64,000 nt of DNA, taken from positions 17,794,001 through 17,858,000 of the forward strand of contig OZ059898.1 in NCBI GenBank assembly GCA_964057225.1. The letters are read 5' to 3'. The notes beneath the pieces were generated by a model that did not search any database, had not been told where the DNA came from, and was given only the letters and a program-made list of their open reading frames with translations. This document shows positions 1 to 11,100 of this stretch, piece after piece; position 1 is the stretch's first letter; each line of letters opens with the position of its first letter. A program made the position numbers and the translations under genes. The DNA is from Auanema rhodensis. Lineage: Eukaryota; Animalia; Nematoda.

Positions 1-3000
1 CAATGAAATTCAATGCTTTTTAAAACGAAAAAATAATTCATGTTAGATTTAAATGAATTTGTTGTAAGATGATGAAAAATCTCATAAAAAGTGAAAACCA
101 GCTAGAGCACTGAAGCTATGCAGAAGCAAAATCTTAAAACAAACGAAGCAATAATCAAATCCAATATTACAAGAAACAATGAAATTCAATGCTTTTCAAA
201 ACGAAAAAACAATTCATGTTAGATTTAAATGAATTTGTTGTAAGATGATGAAAAATCTCATAAAAAGTGAAAACCAGCTAGAGCAGTAAACACAGGACAT
301 GCAGAAGCAAAATCTTAAAACAAACGAAGCAATAATCAAATCCAATATTACAAGAAACAATGAAATTCAATGCTTTTTAAAACGAAAAAGTAATTCATGT
401 TAGATTTAAATGAATTTGTTGTAAGATGATGAAAAATCTCATAAAAAGTGAAAACCAGCTAGAGCAGTAAACACAGGACATGCAGAAGCAAAATCTTAAA
501 ACAAACGAAGCAATAATCAAATCCAATATTACCAGAAACAATGAAATTCAATGCTTTTCAAAACGAAAAAACAATTCATGTTAGATTTAAATGAATTTGT
601 TGTAAGATGATGAAAAATCTCATAAAAAGTGAAAACCAGCTAGAGCAGTAAACACAGGACATGTAGTAGCAAAAATTTTAAAGCTAACAAAGCAATAATC
701 AAATCCAATATTACAAGAAACAATGAAATTCAATGCTTTTTCAAACGAAAAAATAATTCATGTTAGATTCAATTGAATTTCTTGTAAGATGATGAAAAAT
801 CTCATAAAAAGTGAAAACCAGCTAGAGCAGTAAACACAGGACATGCAGAAGCAAAATCTTAAAACAAACGAAGCAATAATCAAATCCAATATTACAAGAA
901 ACAATGAAATTCAATGCTTTTTAAAACGAAAAAATAATTCATGTTAGATTTAAATGAATTTGTTGTAAGATGATGAAAAATCTCATAAAAAGTGAAAACC
1001 AGCTAGAGCACTGAAGCTATGCAGAAGCAAAATCTTAAAACAAACGAAGCAATAATCAAATCCAATATTACAAGAAACAATGAAATTCAATGCTTTTTAA
1101 AACGAAAAAGTAATTCATGTTAGATTTAAATGAATTTGTTGTAAGATGATGAAAAATCTCATAAAAAGTGAAAACCAGCTAGAGCAGTAAACACAGGACA
1201 TGCAGAAGCAAAATCTTAAAACAAACGAAGCAATAATCAAATCCAATATTACCAGAAACAATTAAATTCAATGCTTTTCAAAACGAAAAAACAATTCATG
1301 TTAGATTTAAATGAATTTGTTGTAAGATGATGAAAAATCTCATAAAAAGTGAAAACCAGCTAGAGCAGTAAACACAGGACATGTAGTAGCAAAAATTTTA
1401 AAGCTAACAAAGCAATAATCAAATCCAATATTACAAGAAACAATGAAATTCAATGCTTTTTCAAACGAAAAAATAATTCATGTTAGATTCAATTGAATTT
1501 CTTGTAAGATGATGAAAAATCTCATAAAAAGTGAAAACCAGCTAGAGCAGTAAACACAGGACATGCAGAAGCAAAATCTTAAAACAAACGAAGCAATAAT
1601 CAAATCCAATATTACAAGAAACAATGAAATTCAATGCTTTTTAAAACGAAAAAATAATTCATGTTAGATTTAAATGAATTTGTTATAAGATGATGAAAAA
1701 TCTCATAAAGAGTGAAAACCAGCTAGAGCAGTAAACACAGAAAATGTAGTAGCACAAATTTTAAAGCTAACAAAGCAATAATCAAATCCAATATTACAAG
1801 AAACAATGAAATTCAATGTTTTTTAAAACGAAAAAATAATTCATGTTAGATTTAAATGAATTTGTTGTAAGATGATGAAAAATCTCATAAAAAGTGAAAA
1901 CCAGCTAGAGCACTGAAGCTATGCAGAAGCAAAATCTTGAAACAAACGAAGCAATAATCAAATCCAATATTACAAGAAACAATGAAATTCAATGCTTTTT
2001 AAAACGAAAAAGTAATTCATGTTAGATTTAAATGAATTTGTTGTAAGATGATGAAAAATCTCATAAAAAGTGAAAACCAGCTAGAGCAGTAAACACAGGA
2101 CATGCAGAAGCAAAATCTTAAAACAAACGAAGCAATAATCAAATCCAATATTACCAGAAACAATTAAATTCAATGCTTTTCAAAACGAAAAAACAATTCA
2201 TGTTAGATTTAAATGAATTTGTTGTAAGATGATGAAAAATCTCATAAAAAGTGAAAACCAGCTAGAGCAGTAAACACAGGACATGTAGTAGCAAAAATTT
2301 TAAAGCTAACAAAGCAATAATCAAATCCAATATTACAAGAAACAATGAAATTCAATGCTTTTTCAAACGAAAAAATAATTCATGTTAGATTCAATTGAAT
2401 TTCTTGTAAGATGATGAAAAATCTCATAAAAAGTGAAAACCAGCTAGAGCAGTAAACACAGGACATGCAGAAGCAAAATCTTAAAACAAACGAAGCAATA
2501 ATCAAATCCAATATTACAAGAAACAATGAAATTCAATGCTTTTTAAAACGAAAAAATAATTCATGTTAGATTTAAATGAATTTGTTATAAGATGATGAAA
2601 AATCTCATAAAGAGTGAAAACCAGCTAGAGCAGTAAACACAGAAAATGTAGTAGCACAAATTTTAAAGCTAACAAAGCAATAATCAAATCCAATATTACA
2701 AGAAACAATGAAATTCAATGTTTTTTAAAACGAAAAAATAATTCATGTTAGATTTAAATGAATTTGTTGTAAGATGATGAAAAATCTCATAAAAAGTGAA
2801 AACCAGCTAGAGCACTGAAGCTATGCAGAAGCAAAATCTTGAAACAAACGAAGCAATAATCAAATCCAATATTACAAGAAACAATGAAATTCAATGCTTT
2901 TTAAAACGAAAAAATAATTCATGTTAGATTTAAATGAATTTGTTGTAAGATGATGAAAAATCTCATAAAAAGTGAAAACCAGCTAGAGCAGTAAACACAG

Positions 3001-3487
3001 GACATGCAGAAGCAAAATCTTAAAACAAACGAAGCAATAATCAAATCCAATATTACAAGAAACAATGAAATTCAATGCTTTTTAAAACGAAAAAATAATT
3101 CATGTTAGATTTAAATGAATTTGTTATAAGATGATGAAAAATCTCATAAAGAGTGAAAACCAGCTAGAGCAGTAAACACAGAAAATGTAGTAGCACAAAT
3201 TTTAAAGCTAACAAAGCAATAATCAAATCCAATATTACAAGAAACAATGAAATTCAATGTTTTTTAAAACGAAAAAATAATTCATGTTAGATTTAAATGA
3301 ATTTGTTGTAAGATGATGAAAAATCTCATAAAAAGTGAAAACCAGCTAGAGCACTGAAGCTATGCAGAAGCAAAATCTTGAAACAAACGAAGCAATAATC
3401 AAATCCAATATTACAAGAAACAATGAAATTCAATGCTTTTTAAAACGAAAAAATAATTCATGTTAGATTTAAATGAATTTGTTGTAA
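1..3487 (+). repeat. ~180-bp AT-rich tandem satellite (SatA), 19 full monomers plus a partial one; continues off the left edge
   Basis: Monomer start CAAT(G/T)AAATTCAATG at 1, 177, 358, 539, 721, 902, 1078, 1259, 1441, 1622, 1804, 1980, 2161, 2343, 2524, 2706, 2882, 3063, 3245, 3421. Length classes: 176 (GAGCACTGAAGCTATGCAG), 181 (GAGCAGTAAACACAGGACATGCAG), 182 (ATGTAGTAGCA..TTTTAAAGCTAAC). Strongly A-rich + strand. Confidence 0.98.
1078..2881 (+). repeat. SatA 5-mer higher-order repeat, 2 x 902 bp
   Basis: Monomer lengths 181-182-181-182-176 occur twice (1078-1979, 1980-2881) with the same private variants in the same order: AAGTAATTC/ACCAGAAA, CAATTAAATT, TTCAATTGAATTTCTT, GTTATAAG, TCTTGAAAC. 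Confidence 0.9.
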
Positions 3488-3500
3488 CATGTACACTCAA
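3481..3500. other. Direct SatA/SatB junction (breakpoint 3487/3488)
   Basis: SatA reads GAATTTGTTGTAA|GATGATG and SatB reads GAGTTTC|CATGTACACTC. The observed sequence is GAATTTGTTGTAA-CATGTACACTC with no inserted bases. Confidence 0.95.
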
Positions 3501-3653
3501 CATTGCTTCCAAAAACATTTTGACAAAAATTTTTTCGAAAAATTTCAAAATAATTTCGCAAAAAGTAAATGTTTTTAAATTTCTTTTTTCAAGGCAAAGA
3601 CGATGGACGATGTTATTCAACAAAAAAATTAATTCTTCAGGGTGAAAATCGAG

Positions 3654-3675
3654 GATATAAGTGTGAACTTATATC
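3654..3675. other. Perfect 9-bp inverted repeat GATATAAGT-gtga-ACTTATATC (first copy shown; present in almost every SatB monomer)
   Basis: Arms at 3654-3662 and 3667-3675 are exact reverse complements around a 4-nt loop. The structure is seen directly; function is unknown. Confidence 0.9.
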
Positions 3676-5169
3676 AGTTGATATCTCGGTGCATTTTAAA
3701 GCTAGCGCAAATCTGATAACACAGATCGACGCAGCTTAAAAATCCGCATCGAATGCACTATACTAAATTGAGAAACGCTTGATACAAAAATTAGTTATGA
3801 TCGTTTGAAAAATGATGCATTAGTGTATGTTGAGTTCCCATGTACACTCAACATTGCTTCTAAAAACATTTTGACAAAAATTTTCCCGAAAAATTTCAAA
3901 ATAATTTAGCAGAAAGTAGATGTTTTTAGATTCCTTTTTTCAGGGCAAAGACGATGGACAATGTGATTCAACGAAAAAATTAATTCTTCAGGGTGAAATA
4001 CGAGGATATAAGTGTGAACTTATATCAGTTAATATCTCGGTGCATTTTTAAGCTAGCGCAAATCTAATAACACAGATCGACGCAGCTTGTTAATACAAAA
4101 ATGAGTTATGATCGTTTGAAAAATGATGCATTAGTGTATTTTGAGTTTCCATGTACACTCAACATTGCTTCCAAAAACATTTTGACAAAAATTTTTCCGA
4201 AAAATTTCAAAATAATTTCGCAAAAAGTAGATGTTTTTCGATTTTTTTTTCAAGGCAAAGACGATGGACAATGTTATTCAACGAAAAATTTAATTCTTCA
4301 GGGTGAAAATCGAGGATATAAGTGTGAACTTATATCAGTTGATATCTCGGTGCATTTTTAAGCTAGCGCAAATCTGATAACACAGATCGACGCAGCTTAA
4401 AAATCTGCATCGAATGCACTATACTACATTGAGAAACGCTTAATACAAAAATTAGTTATGATCGTTTGGAAAATGATGCATTAGTGTATGTTGAGTTTCC
4501 ATGTACACTCAGCATTGCTTCCAAAAACATTTTGACAAAAATTTTTTCGAAAAATTTCAAAATAATTTCGCAAAAAGTAGATGTTTTTAGATTTCTTTTT
4601 TCAAGGCAAAGACGATGAACGATGTTATTCAACAAAAAAATTAATTCTTCAGGGTGAAAATCGAGGATATAAGTGTGAACTTATATCAGTTGATATCTCG
4701 GTGCATTTTTAAGCTAGCGCAAATCTGATAACACAGATCGACGCAGCTTAAAAATCCGCATCGAATACACTATACTACATTGAGAAACGCTTGATACAAA
4801 AATTAGTTATGATCGTTTGAAAAATGATGCATTAGTGTATGTTGAGTTTCCATGTACACTCAACATTGCTTCCAAAAACATTTTGACAAAAATTTTTCCG
4901 AAAAATTTCAAAATAATTTAGCAAAAAGTAGATGTTTTTAGATTTCTTTTTTCGAGGCAAAGACGATGGACGATGTTATTCAACAAAAAAATTAATTCTT
5001 CAGGGTGAAAATCGAGGATATAAGTGTGAACTTATATCAGTTGATATCTCGGTGCATTTTTAAGCTAGCGCAAATCTGATAACACAGATCGACGCAGCTT
5101 AAAAATCCGCATCGAATACACTATACTACATTGAGAAACGCTTGATACAAAAATTAGTTATGATCGTTT

Positions 5170-8100
5170 GAAAAATGATGCATTAGTGTATGTTGAGTTT
5201 CCATGTACACTCAACATTGCTTCCAAAAACATTTTGACAAAAATTTTTCCGAAAAATTTCAAAATAATTTAGCAAAAAGTAGATGTTTTTAGATTTCTTT
5301 TTTCGAGGCAAAGACGATGGACGATGTTATTCAACAAAAAAATTAATTCTTCAGGGTGAAAATCGAGGATATAAGTGTGAACTTATATCAGTTGATATCT
5401 CGGTGCATTTTTAAGCTAGCGCAAATCTGATAACACAGATCGACGCAGCTTAAAAATCCGCATCGAATGCACTATACTACATTGAGAAACGCTTGATACA
5501 AAAATTAGTTATGATCGTTTGAAAATGATGCATTAGTGTATTTTGAGTTTCCATGTACACTCAACATTGCTTCCAAAACATTTTGACAAAAATTTTTTCG
5601 AAAAATTTCAAAATAATTTAGTAAAAAGTAGCTGTTTTTAGATTCCTTTTTTCAAGGCAAAAACGATGGACAATGTTATTCAACAAAAAAATTAATTCTT
5701 CAGGGTGAAAATCGAGGATATAAGTGTGAACTTATATCAGTTGATATCTCGGTGCATTTCAAAGCTAGCGCAAATCTGATAACACAGATCGACGCAGCTT
5801 AAAAATCCGCATCGAATACACTATACTATATTGAGAAACGCTTGATACAAAAATTAGTTATGATCGTTTGAAAAATGATGCATTAGTGTATGTTGAGTTT
5901 CCATGTACACTCAACATTGCTTCCAAAAACATTTTGACAAAAATTTTTCCGAAAAATTTCAAAATAATTTAGCAAAAAGTAGATGTTTTTAGATTTCTTT
6001 TTTCAAGGCAAAGACGATGGACGATGTTATTCAACAAAAAAATTAATTCTTCAGGGTGAAAATCGAGGATATAAGTGTGAACTTATATCAGTTGATATCT
6101 CGGTGCATTTTTAAGCTAGCGCAAATCTGATAACACAGATCGACGCAGCTTAAAAATCCGCATCGAATGCACTATACTAAATTGAGAAACGCTTGATACA
6201 AAAATTAGTTATGATCGTTTGAAAATGATGCATTAGTGTATTTTGAGTTTAAATGTACACTCAACATTGCTTCCAAAACATTTTGACAAAAATTTTTTCG
6301 AAAAATTTCAAAATAATTTAGCAAAAAGTAGCTGTTTTTAGATTCCTTTTTTCAAGGCAAAAACGATGGACAATGTTATTCAACAAAAAAATTAATTCTT
6401 CAGGGTGAAAATCGAGGATATAAGTGTGAACTTATATCAGTTGATATCTCGGTGCATTTTAAAGCTAGCGCAAATCTGATAACACAGATCGACGCAGCTT
6501 AAAAATCCGCATCAAATGCACTATACTACTTTGAAAAACGCTTAATACAAAAATTAGTTATGATCGTTTGAAAAATGATGCATTAGTGTATGTTGAGTTC
6601 CCATGTACACTCAACATTGCTTCTAAAAACATTTTGACAAAAATTTTCCCGAAAAATTTCAAAATAATTTAGCAGAAAGTAGATGTTTTTAGATTCCTTT
6701 TTTCAGGGCAAAGACGATGGACAATGTGATTCAACGAAAAAATTAATTCTTCAGGGTGAAATACGAGGATATAAGTGTGAACTTATATCAGTTAATATCT
6801 CGGTGCATTTTTAAGCTAGCGCAAATCTAATAACACAGATCGACGCAGCTTGTTAATACAAAAATGAGTTATGATCGTTTGAAAAATGATGCATTAGTGT
6901 ATTTTGAGTTTCCATGTACACTCAACATTGCTTCCAAAAACATTTTGACAAAAATTTTTCCGAAAAATTTCAAAATAATTTCGCAAAAAGTAGATGTTTT
7001 TCGATTTTTTTTTCAAGGCAAAGACGATGGACAATGTTATTCAACGAAAAATTTAATTCTTCAGGGTGAAAATCGAGGATATAAGTGTGAACTTATATCA
7101 GTTGATATCTCGGTGCATTTTTAAGCTAGCGCAAATCTGATAACACAGATCGACGCAGCTTAAAAATCTGCATCGAATGCACTATACTACATTGAGAAAC
7201 GCTTAATACAAAAATTAGTTATGATCGTTTGGAAAATGATGCATTAGTGTATGTTGAGTTTCCATGTACACTCAGCATTGCTTCCAAAAACATTTTGACA
7301 AAAATTTTTTCGAAAAATTTCAAAATAATTTCGCAAAAAGTAGATGTTTTTAGATTTCTTTTTTCAAGGCAAAGACGATGGACGATGTTTTTCAACAAAA
7401 AAATTAATTCTTCAGGGTGAAAATCGAGGATATAAGTGTGAACTTATATCAGTTGATATCTCGGTGCATTTTTAAGCTAGCGCAAATCTGATAACACAGA
7501 TCGACGCAGCTTAAAAATCCGCATCGAATGCACTATACTACATCGAGAAACGCTTGATACAAAAATTAGTTATGATCGTTTGAAAATGATGCATTAGTGT
7601 ATTTTGAGTTTCCATGTACACTCAACATTGCTTCCAAAACATTTTGACAAAAATTTTTTCGAAAAATTTCAAGATAATTTAGCGAAAAGTAGCTGTTTTT
7701 AGATTCCTTTTTTCAAGGCAAAAACGATGGACAATGTTATTCAACAAAAAAATTATATCTTCAGGGTGAAAATCGAGGATATAAGTGTGAACTTATATCA
7801 GTTGATATCTCGGTGCATTTTTAAGCTACCGCAAATCTGATAACACAGATCGACGCAGCTTAAAAATCCGCATCGAATACACTATACTACATTGAGAAAC
7901 GCTTGATACAAAAATTAGTTATGATCGTTTGAAAAATGATGCATTAGTGTATGTTGAGTTTCCATGTACACTCAACATTGCTTCCAAAAACATTTTGACA
8001 AAAATTTTTCCGAAAATTTTCAAAATAATTTAGCAAAAAGTAGATGTTTTTAGATTTCTTTTTTCGAGGCAAAGACGATGGACGATGTTATTCAACAAAA

Positions 8101-11100
8101 AAATTAATTCTTCAGGGTGAAAATCGAGGATATAAGTGTGAACTTATATCAGTTGATATCTCGGTGCATTTTTAAGCTAGCGCAAATCTGATAACACAGA
8201 TCGACGCAGCTTAAAAATCCGCATCGAATGCACTATACTACATTGAGAAACGCTTGATACAAAAATTAGTTATGATCGTTTGAAAATGATGCATTAGTGT
8301 ATTTTGAGTTTCCATGTACACTCAACATTGCTTCCAAAACATTTTGACAAAAATTTTTTCGAAAAATTTCAAAATAATTTAGTAAAAAGTAGCTGTTTTT
8401 AGATTCCTTTTTTCAAGGCAAAAACGATGGACAATGTTATTCAACAAAAAAATTAATTCTTCAGGGTGAAAATCGAGGATATAAGTGTGAACTTATATCA
8501 GTTGATATCTCGGTGCATTTCAAAGCTAGCGCAAATCTGATAACACAGATCGACGCAGCTTAAAAATCCGCATCGAATACACTATACTACATTGAGAAAC
8601 GCTTGATACAAAAATTAGTTATGATCGTTTGAAAAATGATGCATTAGTGTATGTTGAGTTTCCATGTACACTCAACATTGCTTCCAAAAACATTTTGACA
8701 AAAATTTTTTCGAAAAATTTCAAAATAATTTAGCGAAAAGTAGATGTTTTTAGATTTCTTTTTTCAAGGCAAAGACGATGGACGATGTTATTCAACAAAA
8801 AAATTAATTCTTCAGGGTGAAAATCGAGGATATAAGTGTGAACTTATATCAGTTGATATCTCGGTGCATTTTTAAGCTAGCGCAAATCTGATAACACAGA
8901 TCGACGCAGCTTAAAAATCCGCATCGAATGCACTATACTACATTGAGAAACGCTTGATACAAAAATTAGTTATGATCGTTTGAAAATGATGCATTAGTGT
9001 ATGTTGAGTTTCCATGTACACTCAACATTGCTTCCAAAAACATTTTGACAAAAATTTTTCCGAAAATTTTCAAAATAATTTAGCAAAAAGTAGATGTTTT
9101 TAGATTTCTTTTTTCGAGGCAAAGACGATGGACGATGTTATTCAACAAAAAAATTAATTCTTCAGGGTGAAAATCGAGGATATAAGTGTGAACTTATATC
9201 AGTTGATATCTCGGTGCATTTTTAAGCTAGCGCAAATCTGATAACACAGATCGACGCAGCTTAAAAATCCGCATCGAATGCACTATACTACATTGAGAAA
9301 CGCTTGATACAAAAATTAGTTATGATCGTTTGAAAATGATGCATTAGTGTATTTTGAGTTTCCATGTACACTCAACATTGCTTCCAAAACATTTTGACAA
9401 AAATTTTTTCGAAAAATTTCAAAATAATTTAGTAAAAAGTAGCTGTTTTTAGATTCCTTTTTTCAAGGCAAAAACGATGGACAATGTTATTCAACAAAAA
9501 AATTAATTCTTCAGGGTGAAAATCGAGGATATAAGTGTGAACTTATATCAGTTGATATCTCGGTGCATTTCAAAGCTAGCGCAAATCTGATAACACAGAT
9601 CGACGCAGCTTAAAAATCCGCATCGAATACACTATACTACATTGAGAAACGCTTGATACAAAAATTAGTTATGATCGTTTGAAAAATGATGCATTAGTGT
9701 ATGTTGAGTTTCCATGTACACTCAACATTGCTTCCAAAAACATTTTGACAAAAATTTTTCCGAAAAATTTCAAAATAATTTAGCAAAAAGTAGATGTTTT
9801 TAGATTTCTTTTTTCAAGGCAAAGACGATGGACGATGTTATTCAACAAAAAAATTAATTCTTCAGGGTGAAAATCGAGGATATAAGTGTAAACTTATATC
9901 AGTTGATATCTCGGTGCATTTTTAAGCTAGCGCAAATCTGATAACACAGATCGACGCAGCTTAAAAATCCGCATCGAATGCACTATACTACATTGAGAAA
10001 CGCTTGATACAAAAATTAGTTATGATCGTTTGAAAATGATGCATTAGTGTATTTTGAGTTTCCATGTACACTCAATATTGCTTCCAAAACATTTTGACAA
10101 AAATTTTTTCGAAAAATTTCAAAATAATTTAGCAAAAAGTAAATGTTTTTAGATTCCTTTTTTCAAGGCAAAAACGATGGACAATGTTATTCAACAAAAA
10201 AATTATATCTTCAGGGTGAAAATCGAGGATATAAGTGTGAACTTATATCAGTTGATATCTAGGTGCATTTTTAAGCTACCGCAAATGTGATAACACAGAT
10301 CGACGCAGCTTAAAAATTCGCATCGAATACACTATACTACATTGAGAAACGCTTGATACAAAAATTAGTTATGATCGTTTGAAAAATGATGCATTAGTGT
10401 ATGTTGAGTTTCCATGTACACTCAGCATTGCTTCCAAAAACATTTTGACAAAAATTTTTTCGAAAAATTTCAAAATAATTTCGCAAAAAGTAGATGTTTT
10501 TAGATTTCTTTTTTCAAGGCAAAGACGATGGACGATGTTATTCAACAAAAAAATTAATTCTTCAGGGTGAAAATCGAGGATATAAGTGTGAACTTATATC
10601 AGTTGATATCTCGGTGCATTTTTAAGCTAGCGCAAATCTGATAACACAGATCGACGCAGCTTAAAAATCCGCATCGAATGCACTATACTACATCGAGAAA
10701 CGCTTGATACAAAAATTAGTTATGATCGTTTGAAAATGATGCATTAGTGTATTTTGAGTTTCCATGTACACTCAACATTGCTTCCAAAACATTTTGACAA
10801 AAATTTTTTCGAAAAATTTCAAAATAATTTAGCGAAAAGTAGCTGTTTTTAGATTCCTTTTTTCAAGGCAAAAACGATGGACAATGTTATTCAACAAAAA
10901 AATTATATCTTCAGGGTGAAAATCGAGGATATAAGTGTGAACTTATATCAGTTGATATCTCGGTGCATTTTTAAGCTACCGCAAATCTGATAACACAGAT
11001 CGACGCAGCTTAAAAATCCGCATCGAATACACTATACTACATTGAGAAACGCTTGATACAAAAATTAGTTATGATCGTTTGAAAAATGATGCATTAGTGT

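Noticed and set aside
1-3487. CRISPR-like array (conserved frame with a variable segment)
   Set aside because: The variable segment has only three or four recurring, mutually similar states rather than unique spacers. The unit is ~180 bp and there are no cas genes.
1-3487. Identification as Arabidopsis CEN180, primate alpha satellite or Drosophila 359-bp satellite
   Set aside because: Only the unit lengths are similar. I see no sequence match to those families as I recall them and no CENP-B box.
3411-3645. ORFs spanning the SatA/SatB junction, and the longer 75-94 aa frameshift ORFs elsewhere
   Set aside because: They arise from chance frame fusion at the junction or from 1-bp homopolymer indels, with no coding signal.
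3488-3838. SatB as a simple dimer of a ~175-bp subunit
   Set aside because: The two halves of the monomer show no evident direct similarity by eye; the internal structure is inverted rather than direct.
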